Shown piece after piece: positions 47,560-57,954 of a stretch of 64,000 nt of DNA. Location: contig JANRKO010000019.1 in the NCBI GenBank assembly GCA_033763455.1, positions 128,001 through 192,000 of the forward strand, read 5' to 3'. The translations under genes were made by a program, and so were the position numbers. Origin of the DNA: Polyangiaceae bacterium. Its GTDB lineage: Bacteria > Myxococcota_A > Polyangia > Polyangiales > Polyangiaceae. Under the pieces are notes generated by a model. It was not told where the DNA came from. It saw only the letters and a list, made by a program, of their open reading frames with translations, and searched no databases. Position 1 is the stretch's first letter; every line of letters starts with the position of its first letter.

Positions 47560-50500
47560 ATGGCCATTCGAGTTCGTCTCAGTCATCAAACGCGTTACCG
47601 TTACGACAAGCCCATTAACCTGGGCCCACAAACGGTTCGCCTCCGACCAGCACCCCACAACCGCACGCCCCTACACACGTATGGGCTTCACATCGAACCC
47701 AAGGGCCACTTTCTCAATTGGCAGCAGGATCCTTACGGCAATTATCTGGCAAGGCTGGTTTTCCCAGAAAAGGTAGACCATTTTGAAGTCACCGTCGATT
47801 TGGTCGCCGATCTTGAGGCGTACAATCCGTTTGATTTTTTCGTCGAGCCAGAAGCCGAGAATTTCCCTTTCAGCTACGAGCCCACACTTAAAAAAGAGCT
47901 AGAGCCCTATCTAGAGCAAGACCCCCTAACGCCCGCCCTCGCAGCTTTCATCGACAGTTTGAACAAGACACCGCGGAGAGTTAACGATTTCCTTGTAGAA
48001 ACGAACCGCGCTGTAAATGAGGCCGTTAGCTACATTATTCGCCTGGAGCCGGGCGTCCAAAGTCCCGAAGAAACGCTCACTCTGGCCAAGGGCTCGTGTC
48101 GAGATTCTGCATGGCTATTGGCGGTGGTGTTGCGAAAGCTAGGCCTGGCGGCCCGGTTTGTTTCCGGATACCTCATCCAGCTCACGCCAGATCAGCGCCC
48201 GATTGAAGGCGCCCAGGGCCCGCTCGCAGACTTTTGCGACTTGCATGCCTGGTGTGAAGTCTACGTTCCCGGCGCCGGTTGGATTGGGTTAGATGCAACG
48301 AGCGGGCTTCTGACAGCCGAAGGGCACATTCCGCTCGCGTGTTCCCCAAGCCCAGGTTCTGCGGCACCCATTTCGGGGCTGTTGGATGAAGCCGAAACCG
48401 ATTTCAGCCATCACATGTTTGTGGAACGCGTGGTGGACGTTCCCCGCGTCACCAAACCCTATACCGATGAAGAGTGGGCCGCCGTTGAGAAGTTCGGCAC
48501 CAAGGTGGATGAGCATCTAACGCGCTCAGACGTTCGCCTCACCGTAGGGGGTGAGCCCACCTTTGTGAGCACCGAATACCCGGATGACGCCGAATGGAAC
48601 ACGGACGCCCTTGGTAAAAATAAGGAAGGCCTTGCCGATAAGCTGATTCGCCGTTTGCGGAGCGACTGGTATCCCAAAAGCGCCCTCTACCATGCGCAGG
48701 GCAAGTGGTACCCGGGTGAGCCTTTGCCGCGGTGGGCTATTTCCTGCTTCTTTCGCACCGACGGCGTGCCCGTTTGGAATGATCCTGCGCTTATAGCCGA
48801 TACCAACAAGAGCTACGACCACGGGCCCAAAGAGGCCGAAGCCTTCGCAAAGCGTTTGATCGAGAATCTCGGGCTCGAGCGCCACGGCCTGATGCCAGCG
48901 TTTGAGGATGCTTGGTACTACATGTGGCGCGCGCGGCGTTTACCTGTAAACGTGATGCCGCTCGATAATCGCGTGGATGATGAGGTGGAGCGCGAGCGAA
49001 TAGCGGCCGTATTCAACCAAAAGCTATCCAGCGTGGTGGGCTATGTGCTCCCCCTGACGTATTGGGGTGGTTGGCGCAGTGGGTCTTTTTTCCTCAAAGA
49101 TGAACGCTGCTACCTGCTTCCTGGTGATTCGCCGATGGGTTACCGCTTGCCTTTGGATTCCCTACCGTGGATCGCCCAGGAAGATTGGGACGGCAACATT
49201 CCGGTAGATCCTTTCGCGCGCCAGCCTTCGTTGCCAAAGGCCTTTCACTTCCCGTTGATGCCGGCGCCCGCGATGCCGGCGCCTATCCGCCGTGTGGTGC
49301 CTTCTCTGCCGAAAGCCGAAGTTGCGCCCAACGGGCAGCCAAAAGGCGCCGTTCCTTCACCTCGCGGCGCCGCCCCAGGCAGCACTCATGCCGCGCCGTT
49401 CACGTCACCCGCACAGTTCGAGTCTGCCACGGGCGTGGTGCGCACCGCTTTGTGTGTCGAGCCCCGAGCCGGTCGTTTGCGGATCTTCTTGCCTCCACTG
49501 GAAACGCTCGAAGCGGCCCTTGAGCTCATCGCCGCCATCGAAACAACCGCGGCGCAGCTGAAGCTACCCGTGCAACTGGAAGGCTACGAACCCCCGAGGG
49601 ATCCGCGGCTCGGCGTGTTTCGTGTCACTCCGGATCCGGGTGTGATCGAGGTCAACGTGCCCCCGGTCTCCAGTTTTGCGGCGCAGAAGCTCCAAACCCT
49701 CTCGCTCTATGAACACGCTCGCCAAGTAAAGTTGAGCGCCGAAAAGTTTGATCTCGACGGCACCCACATCGGCAGCGGCGGTGGCTACCACCTCGTGCTT
49801 GGCGGAATGACGCCTGAAAATAGCCCATTTTTGCGGCGACCAGATTTGCTCGGCAGTTTGATTCGTTATTTTCACAACCACCCCAGCCTCTCTTATCTTT
49901 TCTCAGGGCGCTTCATCGGCCCCACCTCGCAATCGCCACGCGTGGATGAAGGCCGCAACGACAGCATCTACGAACTCGAAATAGCTCTCCAACAGTTGCC
50001 GCAAAAGGGGCAGAACGTTCCACCGTGGATTGTGGACCGTGTGCTCCGGCACTTGCTCGCAGACGTTACTGGCAACACCCATCGGACGCAGTTCTGCATC
50101 GATAAGCTCTATTCCCCCGATAGCGCTACAGGGCGGCTCGGCCTCTTGGAGCTGCGCTCTTTCGAAATGCCACCGCATGCCCAAATGGCGGTCGTGCAAC
50201 AGCTCTTAGTGGGCGCTATGGTCGCGAGTTTTTGGGAGCAACCTTATCGTGAAGATCTGGTGTCGTGGAACACGATGCTGCACGATAAATTCATGCTCCC
50301 CTACTTCGTAAAGCGTGACTTTTACGAGGTGCTGGCCGATCTTGAGCGACGCGGATTCAAGCTCGATCGCCACTGGTTCGAGCCACATTACCAGTTTCGG
50401 TTCCCGTATATCGGGCACGTGGTTAAGGATGCTGTAACCCTAGAGATACGTGGCGCTCTCGAACCCTGGAATGTGCTCGGAGAAGAGAGCACTGGAGCCG

Positions 50501-50949
50501 GGACTGCCCGCTACGTGGATTCATCAGTTGAACGCTTGCAGGTACGCGTATTCGGTGCCACACCCGGCCGGCATATTGTGTGTTGCAACAACGTGGAGCT
50601 ACCGCTTGTTGCCACTGGCGTGGAAGGCGAAATGGTAGGGGGCGTGCGTTATCGAGCCTGGCAACCCCCATCATGCCTTCACCCAACCATCGGCGTTCAG
50701 TCACCGCTTGCGTTCGATTTGTACGATCGTTGGAACGGCGTGGCGATTGCGGGGGCCACCTATCACGTAGTGCACCCGGGAGGCCGGGCGGATGAGGTCC
50801 GCCCCGTAAATGCAGCAGCCGCGGAAAGCCGCAGGCTCGCTCGCTTCGAGGCTCGCAGCGTAGGCACCCGTTTGGTTCAACCGCGGCGCCTGGAGCCCCA
50901 TCCGAAGTTCCCATTTACGCTCGATTTACGCCGGGCTTGGCTAGCCTAA
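47560..50949 (+). CDS. Transglutaminase + DUF2126 (putative amidoligase) fusion
   Basis: GSCRDSAWL, DLHAWCEVY, GLDAT; GGEPTFVS, GKWYPGEPLPRW, TPDPGVIEVN, GNTHR, FEMPPH. Confidence 0.92.
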   Translation: MAIRVRLSHQTRYRYDKPINLGPQTVRLRPAPHNRTPLHTYGLHIEPKGHFLNWQQDPYGNYLARLVFPEKVDHFEVTVDLVADLEAYNPFDFFVEPEAENFPFSYEPTLKKELEPYLEQDPLTPALAAFIDSLNKTPRRVNDFLVETNRAVNEAVSYIIRLEPGVQSPEETLTLAKGSCRDSAWLLAVVLRKLGLAARFVSGYLIQLTPDQRPIEGAQGPLADFCDLHAWCEVYVPGAGWIGLDATSGLLTAEGHIPLACSPSPGSAAPISGLLDEAETDFSHHMFVERVVDVPRVTKPYTDEEWAAVEKFGTKVDEHLTRSDVRLTVGGEPTFVSTEYPDDAEWNTDALGKNKEGLADKLIRRLRSDWYPKSALYHAQGKWYPGEPLPRWAISCFFRTDGVPVWNDPALIADTNKSYDHGPKEAEAFAKRLIENLGLERHGLMPAFEDAWYYMWRARRLPVNVMPLDNRVDDEVERERIAAVFNQKLSSVVGYVLPLTYWGGWRSGSFFLKDERCYLLPGDSPMGYRLPLDSLPWIAQEDWDGNIPVDPFARQPSLPKAFHFPLMPAPAMPAPIRRVVPSLPKAEVAPNGQPKGAVPSPRGAAPGSTHAAPFTSPAQFESATGVVRTALCVEPRAGRLRIFLPPLETLEAALELIAAIETTAAQLKLPVQLEGYEPPRDPRLGVFRVTPDPGVIEVNVPPVSSFAAQKLQTLSLYEHARQVKLSAEKFDLDGTHIGSGGGYHLVLGGMTPENSPFLRRPDLLGSLIRYFHNHPSLSYLFSGRFIGPTSQSPRVDEGRNDSIYELEIALQQLPQKGQNVPPWIVDRVLRHLLADVTGNTHRTQFCIDKLYSPDSATGRLGLLELRSFEMPPHAQMAVVQQLLVGAMVASFWEQPYREDLVSWNTMLHDKFMLPYFVKRDFYEVLADLERRGFKLDRHWFEPHYQFRFPYIGHVVKDAVTLEIRGALEPWNVLGEESTGAGTARYVDSSVERLQVRVFGATPGRHIVCCNNVELPLVATGVEGEMVGGVRYRAWQPPSCLHPTIGVQSPLAFDLYDRWNGVAIAGATYHVVHPGGRADEVRPVNAAAAESRRLARFEARSVGTRLVQPRRLEPHPKFPFTLDLRRAWLA

Positions 50950-51050
50950 AGTTGGGTGCTTGAACGGCCTGGCACCTACGGGCACAACGCTAACCTCTGC
51001 CTCTCCCAGGCACCGCGAGCGCTAGGACCCACTCACGGCAAAGGACCCGT

Positions 51051-53609
51051 TTGCTCCCAACCCAGTTTCAGTCCCAATCCCAGTCAGAACCGCCTCCGTC
51101 CACGGGCGGTGGCGAGTCCTACGACGAGATCTGGAGCGGCCCTGGCCACGCGAGGGCCCACCAGGCGCTCTTGCAGGAGCACCTACTAGTTCAGCCCCTG
51201 GACGATCTGCTGAAGGTTCGCCAGGCGGTTGAGCGTCAGATGGCCGAGCAAGCTGTTACGTTCAACATCTTGGGCGTTCCCGGAGGCGAAAACCGCTCTT
51301 GGGAGCTCGACCCAATCCCATGGGTGATTGAAAGTCGCGAATGGGCAGAGCTGTCGCGGAAGCTCGTACAACGAGCCCAGCTCCTGGAAGCGTTCTTGGC
51401 GGACTGTTACGGCCCGCAACGCATGCTGCGCGAAGGTGTCATTCCGGCCCGCGTGGTCCTCGCCAATCCAGACTTTCTGCGAGCGTGTCACGGCTGGCGC
51501 CCACTCGGAGAGAAGCGTCTATGGCTCTACGCTGCAGATCTCGCACGCGACAAAGCTGGTGATTTTCACGTATTTTCCGATCGCGCCGCAGCACCTACAG
51601 GGGCGGGCTACGCGCTCGAAAATCGCCTGGTTTTGGGGCGGGTTTTAGGGGATTTGTTCCGTGAATACCGGGTCACGAAAGTTCGGGGTTTCTTCGAAAA
51701 GCTGAAGGCGTGCGTAGCCGAGTTGGCTCCACCGGGCCGCCCCGATCCCCGTGCGATCGTGCTCACAACGGGCATGCAAGATGAGAGTTCGTTCGAGCAT
51801 GCCTACTTAGCTCGCTACCTCGGCTTTGATCTTATGGAGGGCCGAGATCTGAGCGTGAGAGACGGCAAAGTCTTCCTAAAGACAGTCGCCGGGCTCACCC
51901 AGATCGACGTGATTTTGCGCCGTGTTCCAGATGCCTTCTGTGATCCTGTCGAGCTTCGCGAAGATTCCATGATCGGCGTTCCCGGCCTCGTGGAAGCCGC
52001 CCACGGAAAACACATTGGGTTGGCCAATCCGCTTGGGGCAAGCCTCATCGAATCACCTGCAATGAAAGCATTTCTCGGGCCCCTGTGCCAAGCCCTTCTG
52101 GGAGAGGATTTGCTGTTACCTTCGGTGGAGACTCACTATCTCGGGACGCCCGGATCGCTAGAATACGTACAATCCAAGCCTGAAGAATTCCTGATAAAAC
52201 CAGCCTTTGCAGAGCGTCGCGGGGCGATTCGGCCTTTGGGCGAGTTGAGTATCTCCGAGCGAACAACGCTTTTAGATTCTGTGAAGGCGCGCCCTCACGA
52301 CTTCGTAGCGGAACGCTGGCCCGCCTGCTCTCGCAGCCCCCTTCTCACTCGACACGGCCTCGGAGCAGGAAGGCTTACCCTGCGCTCATTTCTGTGCCGC
52401 GACAAAGAATCTTTCGCCGTGATGCCGGGGGGCTTCGCACGGCTTGATTCAACACCAGACGGCATCTTCCTCACCAACCGCCTTACGCGAACCTGCAAAG
52501 ACGTTTGGATCCCTGAGGTGGGTACGACCTACGACATGAAGTTGCCGCAGATGCCCGATCAACGCATGTCGCTCCGACGTGGTGCCCAAGATCTACCAAG
52601 CCGCTTGGTGGACGATATTTTTTGGTTGGGGCGTTACATCGAACGCACCGATGCTTCAGCTCGTTTGATCCGCGCCGGTTTTGACCGCCTAGGAATGGAA
52701 GCCGCTGGTGACGCGCAGCAAGTATTAGAAGCAATTCTTGAAGCGTTGAAGCTCAAGGGGCAGCTACCAGCGACGTTCGATGTGCGCGGTATGTTTTCGA
52801 AGCCCGATAATCGAGCCCTGGCGCAGGTGCTAAACGGCGCATTATTCGATCAAACCTCCGGCAGCAGCGTGTACGCCACGCTCGATCGTATCCACAAACT
52901 CATGATCGGCGTAAGAAGCCGCCTTTCCCGTGACGCGTGGCATACGTTGAGGCGTCTTACGAGTGCCCTGGATGCAACCCCACTGCACCATTCGTCGCTC
53001 GGCACGGCCGAGATCTTGGAACTTCTGGACGAGCTTCTGGTACTGCTTTCTGCTGCCACCGGAGCCACGCTCGATAACATGGTGCGAGGCCACGCCTGGC
53101 TGTTTCTCGATCTCGGGCGCCGCCTTGAACGAGCGTCGGCTACCCTGGAACTGTTGGAAGCGATGCTGCCATCAGGGGCCACGCGCGCGCACATGGAATG
53201 CTTATTGGAAGTTACAGATAGCTTGCTCACGTATCGCGCCCGCTACGTTTCTAGCCTGCAAGTGGCCCCCATCGTTGACCTCCTACTTACAGACAATACC
53301 AATCCGCGCTCTGTGCTCTTTCAAGTCGAAACCATCGATCAGCACGTAGAAGCACTACCTAACCAAAGCGGCGCTCTGGTAACACGAGCCGAAAAGCGCG
53401 TGCTCACCCTCCGAACCCGCCTCGTCGCAGCAGATATCGAGGAAGCCACCGGGGGTCAAGGCGAAGGCCTGCGCCAACTTGTGAAAGACGCCGCCGAGCT
53501 TGTTTGGCAGCTCTCTGATGATATCGCCGCGACGTGGTTTTCACACGCAGCCCCCTCACGCTCGCTCACCATTCCCGCTTGGGTTAACGAACAACTCGAA
53601 CGCCAGTGA
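51051..53609 (+). CDS. Circularly permuted ATP-grasp + alpha-E fusion protein
   Basis: WELDPIP, GYALENR, KDVW; LPSRLVDDIFWLGRYIER, LGRRLER, NPRSV. Confidence 0.9.
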   Translation: MLPTQFQSQSQSEPPPSTGGGESYDEIWSGPGHARAHQALLQEHLLVQPLDDLLKVRQAVERQMAEQAVTFNILGVPGGENRSWELDPIPWVIESREWAELSRKLVQRAQLLEAFLADCYGPQRMLREGVIPARVVLANPDFLRACHGWRPLGEKRLWLYAADLARDKAGDFHVFSDRAAAPTGAGYALENRLVLGRVLGDLFREYRVTKVRGFFEKLKACVAELAPPGRPDPRAIVLTTGMQDESSFEHAYLARYLGFDLMEGRDLSVRDGKVFLKTVAGLTQIDVILRRVPDAFCDPVELREDSMIGVPGLVEAAHGKHIGLANPLGASLIESPAMKAFLGPLCQALLGEDLLLPSVETHYLGTPGSLEYVQSKPEEFLIKPAFAERRGAIRPLGELSISERTTLLDSVKARPHDFVAERWPACSRSPLLTRHGLGAGRLTLRSFLCRDKESFAVMPGGFARLDSTPDGIFLTNRLTRTCKDVWIPEVGTTYDMKLPQMPDQRMSLRRGAQDLPSRLVDDIFWLGRYIERTDASARLIRAGFDRLGMEAAGDAQQVLEAILEALKLKGQLPATFDVRGMFSKPDNRALAQVLNGALFDQTSGSSVYATLDRIHKLMIGVRSRLSRDAWHTLRRLTSALDATPLHHSSLGTAEILELLDELLVLLSAATGATLDNMVRGHAWLFLDLGRRLERASATLELLEAMLPSGATRAHMECLLEVTDSLLTYRARYVSSLQVAPIVDLLLTDNTNPRSVLFQVETIDQHVEALPNQSGALVTRAEKRVLTLRTRLVAADIEEATGGQGEGLRQLVKDAAELVWQLSDDIAATWFSHAAPSRSLTIPAWVNEQLERQ

Positions 53610-54475
53610 CGCTCTACCGCCTCCGCCACCTCACGCGCTACCAATACGAATCGCCGGTTGTGCACGCACACCACGTGGCGAGGATGCGCCCCATGCCGTC
53701 GCCATTTCAGCGGGTTTTGTCCAGCGAAATCACGACCAGCCCGGAAGCAACCTTTACGGCGAGCGTGCGAGATTATTACGGCAATCTACAAGATTTTTTC
53801 GAAATTCTGAAAGATCACGATGTGCTCGAGGTAACGGCCGTGAGTGAAGTAGAGCCGCTCCTCCGTCGGCCCGGGGGCGCCCTGGAAGGCTATGCGTTAA
53901 CCTGGGAAGATGCTCGCCTCGTAGCCAGTGCGCCCTACACGGAGGTCGAGGATTTCGGGTACGATTCCCCTCTAGTGCGGGTCCACCCAGATCTTCGGGC
54001 GTATGCGGCTCCGAGCTTTCCACCTGGGCGCCGCATCGTCGAAGCCGTGAGCGACCTTAATCAGCGCATTTTTGATGAATTTGCATACGACCCTGCGGCC
54101 ACAGATGTGACCACTCCGCTCGGAGAGGTTCTCCGTGAAAAGCGCGGCGTTTGCCAGGATTTTGCGCACCTTGCCATCGGCTGTTTGCGAAGCCTGGGCC
54201 TGCCTGCGCGCTACGTGTCCGGTTACCTTGAGACGGCGCCGCCTCCCGGCGAAGAACGCTTGGTGGGCGCTGATGCTTCACACGCCTGGGCTGAAGTGCA
54301 CCTGCCAGGGCTAGGGTGGCTTGAGTTTGACCCCACGAACGCTGTTCTGCCTTCAACGAAGCATATTCGCGTGGCTCACGGTCGCGACTTCAGTGACGTG
54401 AGTCCGCTTAAGGGTGTTGTCTTGGGCGGCGGGCGCCACACGCTCACTGTCGAAGTGGATATGGCGCCGATCTGA
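53606..54475 (+). CDS. Transglutaminase family protein
   Basis: GVCQDFAH, GADASHAW, FDPTN, GRDFSDVSP. Confidence 0.93.
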   Translation: MTLYRLRHLTRYQYESPVVHAHHVARMRPMPSPFQRVLSSEITTSPEATFTASVRDYYGNLQDFFEILKDHDVLEVTAVSEVEPLLRRPGGALEGYALTWEDARLVASAPYTEVEDFGYDSPLVRVHPDLRAYAAPSFPPGRRIVEAVSDLNQRIFDEFAYDPAATDVTTPLGEVLREKRGVCQDFAHLAIGCLRSLGLPARYVSGYLETAPPPGEERLVGADASHAWAEVHLPGLGWLEFDPTNAVLPSTKHIRVAHGRDFSDVSPLKGVVLGGGRHTLTVEVDMAPI

Positions 54476-54592
54476 GTTGCTCTAAAGTGGTGCAACCCAC
54501 ACACACTCACCCACAGGTGCAACGAGCCGTGCTCCTTGCTGAAATGGCCAACTCAAGGTATACAGGCTGCTTCTACCCTCCGGTGTTTTCGC

Positions 54593-55669
54593 ATGCTTCT
54601 TAACAGAAATAGTGTGTTCTTGGTTGCTATTGGCGTAGCTTCGGCTTGTTCGCCGAATACCGGGAGCGCCCCTCCACGGGGGGGCGGTTTGCCAGAAGCA
54701 GGCGCTGGCCCCGCTTCTGGAGGCGCTCGTGCGACGGGTGGGAGCATCTCGACATTAGGGGGCTCTCCCAGCGTGGGCTCGGGTGGTGCTTCGCCGCTGG
54801 GAACTGGCGGCACATCGTCCGCCGGTGGCAGTGGTGGGTTAACGGCATCTGGCGGCACTGGCGGAACGAATTCGGGAGGTACTGCGACCGGCGGAACAAC
54901 GAGCGGAACCGGCGGAGGAGCGACTGGGGGAACCAATACCGCTTCGGGCGGCTCCCCTAGTGTCTCGTGTCCGGCGCAAGGTACGGGCGGGCTCGCGAGT
55001 CTTTCTACGGGGCTTATCGGCTATTGGAAGTTCGATGAGGCAGACACCAGCGGGGCAACTACCGCGGATGCCAGTGGCATGAATTTTTCGGGTACCTACA
55101 GTGCTACCAAGCCTGCGCTCACTACGGCTGTGCCCCCTCTGTTGACCGGGAAAAGCATGAAGGCCATAGTATTTAATGGCACAAATGAGGTGAAGTTACC
55201 GGCAGGTTCGTTCGGTAACTGGAGCGCGGCCACAAGCTACTCGATTTCTGCCTGGGTCCAAGTGACGGCGTTGGATGGTGACTGGATGGGGATCATTGCA
55301 AACGAAGCAGCCGGCGCCACGACGTATTGTGGACTCTATATTGGCGGCGCCCAGAACAGCACTCAAAACGCCTTCCGATACCAAGGAAATGAAACAGGGT
55401 TCGGGGATCTGGTCCCAACGCCGGGCGTTTGGTACCACCTTGCGCTGGTTCAAGATGTGTCCGGGAACGCGCAAAGGCTGTACGTGAATGGTCAGCCCGC
55501 GGGCACTGGCGAACTGAAAGACTGCGCCACCACGGGCGTGTTTCACTTTGGTTCGGTCGATGGTGCCGATACGCCCACTTTCTTCAACGGAAGCCTAGAT
55601 GACGTACGTTTCTATAACCGCGCACTCATGCCAACCGAAGTTACCGCTCTAGCCTGCGGAGCTCAGTAG
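54593..55669 (+). CDS. LamG/concanavalin-like domain lipoprotein with Gly/Thr/Ser linker
   Basis: Lipobox ASAC; GYWKFDE, WYHLALV, LYVNG, GSLDDVRFYNRAL. Confidence 0.85.
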   Translation: MLLNRNSVFLVAIGVASACSPNTGSAPPRGGGLPEAGAGPASGGARATGGSISTLGGSPSVGSGGASPLGTGGTSSAGGSGGLTASGGTGGTNSGGTATGGTTSGTGGGATGGTNTASGGSPSVSCPAQGTGGLASLSTGLIGYWKFDEADTSGATTADASGMNFSGTYSATKPALTTAVPPLLTGKSMKAIVFNGTNEVKLPAGSFGNWSAATSYSISAWVQVTALDGDWMGIIANEAAGATTYCGLYIGGAQNSTQNAFRYQGNETGFGDLVPTPGVWYHLALVQDVSGNAQRLYVNGQPAGTGELKDCATTGVFHFGSVDGADTPTFFNGSLDDVRFYNRALMPTEVTALACGAQ

Positions 55670-55774
55670 CCGGCCCTGGGGAACGCGGGGGATGTCGCTG
55701 GCGGCGAACTTGTTGGTGCGAAAGCGTGTTAATGTTATGTTGGTGTGTGGGGAAACGCACACCTTCCGCGCACA

Positions 55775-55903
55775 CAACAGATGCTTGTCATGCTAAGGAC
55801 ATTTTAGCGAGCGAAAAGGGCACTCCGCCGTGTTGTGCACTCGCCTTTCGTGCGAGCAACAGATGCTTGTCATGCTAAGGACATTTTTGGCGAGCAAAAG
55901 GGC
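55775..55903. repeat. Two ~47-bp direct repeats separated by 35 bp
   Basis: caacagatgcttgtcatgctaaggacatttt (31 bp identical) at 55775 and 55857. Confidence 0.85.
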
Positions 55904-55952
55904 TCCTGCCACGCTGTTTTGAGGGCCACACTTCCCTCACCCGCATTTGCCC

Positions 55953-56312
55953 TCACCCGCATTTGCCCTCGCCACACTTCCCCTCACCGCACTTGCCTTC
56001 TTTGCTTGGTTCGCCCTTTTTCTGGTCTTTGGCATCTGCAGTGCTTTTAGCTGCGGGTACTTCTTTTGCTGACGCACTCGCAGCCGGCATTGCGCCAGCA
56101 CTAGGTTGAGGTGCCGGTGCTGACGCTTGAGTGTTAGCTTGTTTCGGCTCCGCGGGCTTTTGAGCTTCGGCGAGGGGTGCTGTGGCACTAGTACTTGGCT
56201 CAGGTTCCGGCTTTGGACGGGACTCTGCATCGCACGCTGTGGCGCCTACCAAGGCTAACGCGGCAAAAATGCTGTCTGCCGAAAGGGGACCTTTGCGTGG
56301 GGGAGAATACAT
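55953..56312 (-). CDS. Low-complexity lipoprotein with C-terminal EGKCG repeats (HvfA-like precursor)
   Basis: AAAGGAG SD, signal peptide ending ATAC, Ala/Pro linker, (EGKCG)x3 then stop. Confidence 0.75.
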   Translation of the reverse strand: MYSPPRKGPLSADSIFAALALVGATACDAESRPKPEPEPSTSATAPLAEAQKPAEPKQANTQASAPAPQPSAGAMPAASASAKEVPAAKSTADAKDQKKGEPSKEGKCGEGKCGEGKCG

Positions 56313-56343
56313 GGCGGCTCCTTTGTGTAATGGCCGAATGTGA

Positions 56344-56385
56344 GCCCCGTTGGGCCCGAAGTGGGCCCCGTTGGGCCCGAAGTGG
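56344..56385. repeat. Tandem duplication, 2 x 21 bp
   Basis: gccccgttgggcccgaagtgg twice. Confidence 0.85.
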
Positions 56386-56516
56386 AGCTTGAGCGAAACT
56401 GTGGCGGGAACGCGTCCGGATTTGCTGTCTTCTCGACCAGCCGTCAAGCGCAGTGGCCATTTTCACCCCCGTCGGCTGTTCTTGACAAACCCGATGTGGG
56501 AATGCATATCGGAAGG

Positions 56517-56987
56517 GTGAAACTCTCGAATAAGGGCCGCTATGCTGTGCGGGCGCTGTTCGATATCGCGTTTTTCAACGGTGGGCAGCCCACTCAGGTG
56601 AAGGACATCGCGGAGCGGCAGCAAATTCCGCCGCGTTTCCTGGAGCAGATCTTTCAAGATCTCAAGCGCGCGGGCCTCGTAGGTTCGAAGCGGGGGCCTC
56701 AAGGGGGCTACAACTTGGCGCTAGGCGCCGGAGAGGTGCGCCTCGGGGACGTGGTGCGTGCGCTTGAGGGCCCTATCTCGCTCGGAGACCGTGAGTCCGA
56801 AGGAGGGGCCAACGCTGCCAAGGAGCCCGCGGGCAATTCCCGGCGGATCACCGAACAGATATTTGTGGATCTTTCGGCGCGCGTCGAAGCCTGTTTTGAC
56901 GCAATCACTATTCAACACATCTGTGATCTTGCGGAAGCTGAAGGGCTTAGGCGCCCAGGAGCGCAACGTTATGTCTACGTCATCTGA
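56517..56987 (+). CDS. Rrf2 family transcriptional regulator (CymR/IscR-like)
   Basis: MKLSNKGRYAVRAL, FLEQIFQDLKRAGLV.SKRGPQGGY; lacks the IscR three-Cys motif; TTGACA at 56482. Confidence 0.9.
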   Translation: MKLSNKGRYAVRALFDIAFFNGGQPTQVKDIAERQQIPPRFLEQIFQDLKRAGLVGSKRGPQGGYNLALGAGEVRLGDVVRALEGPISLGDRESEGGANAAKEPAGNSRRITEQIFVDLSARVEACFDAITIQHICDLAEAEGLRRPGAQRYVYVI

Positions 56988-57954
56988 GCGGAACGAGCCC
57001 GGCCGTCCTTCGCTTCCGTCGCACCGGTTGGTGTACCCGAGCGTTTTAGATTTGATCACAGATACGCCGCTTGTGGAGGTGCGCAAGTTGGCAACGGATG
57101 CACCGCGTGCACGCGTCTACGCCAAAATCGAGTCAGCAAATCCCGGTGGGTCGGTGAAGGATCGCATCTGCTTGGCCATGATTGAGCAGGCAGAGCGTGA
57201 AGGCTTGTTGGGCCCAGGTGGCGTCGTTATCGAGCCAACGAGCGGCAACACGGGAATTGGGCTGGCGCTAGTGTGTGCAAGCCGAGGTTATCGCTGCGTT
57301 TTGACCATGCCGGAGAGCATGAGTCTTGAGCGCCGGCAGCTGCTGCAATCCTTTGGTGCGGAGGTTGTTCTGACGCCCGAATCGGAGCAGATGGAGGGAG
57401 CTATCGCGAAGGCGCGAGAGCTGGCCCTGGAAATCAAAGGTGCTTTCATGCCGCACCAGTTCGACAACCCGGCGAACCCAGCCGTGCATGAGCGCACCAC
57501 CGGCCCCGAGATCTTAGCCGCAATGCAGGGAGATCCGATCCATGCTTTTGTCGCTGCGGTGGGTACGGGCGGTACAGTGAGTGGTGTGGGTCGCGTGTTG
57601 CGCAAGGCGTACCCCAGTTGTCGGGTGATCGCCGTCGAGCCGGAATCTTGCGCCACCATTTCCAAGGGCGAACGTGGGCCGTCTAAGATCCAGGGGATCG
57701 GCGCCGGTTTTGTCCCCGGCAACTACGATGCAAGCATCGTGACTGAGGTGCGCACGGTGGGTGATCGCGTGGCGTACGATACAAAAGTGTCGCTAGCAAA
57801 ACGCGAAGGTTTACTCGTGGGGATCAGCGCCGGAGCGAATGTGGCTGTTGCTTTGCAAGTTGCCCGTGAGCTTGGCCCAAGCAAAAATGTGCTTACCGTG
57901 CTGTGTGACACGGGCGAAAGATATTTCAGTTTAGACGAGTACTTCCGTGACTGA
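56971..57954 (+). CDS. cysK: Cysteine synthase A
   Basis: NPGGSVKDR, TSGNTG, GTGGT, KIQGIGAGFVP, DTGERY. Confidence 0.9.
   Translation: MSTSSERNEPGRPSLPSHRLVYPSVLDLITDTPLVEVRKLATDAPRARVYAKIESANPGGSVKDRICLAMIEQAEREGLLGPGGVVIEPTSGNTGIGLALVCASRGYRCVLTMPESMSLERRQLLQSFGAEVVLTPESEQMEGAIAKARELALEIKGAFMPHQFDNPANPAVHERTTGPEILAAMQGDPIHAFVAAVGTGGTVSGVGRVLRKAYPSCRVIAVEPESCATISKGERGPSKIQGIGAGFVPGNYDASIVTEVRTVGDRVAYDTKVSLAKREGLLVGISAGANVAVALQVARELGPSKNVLTVLCDTGERYFSLDEYFRD

Noticed and set aside
55775..55903. CRISPR array
   Set aside because: Only two repeats with divergent 3' parts; no cas genes or leader.
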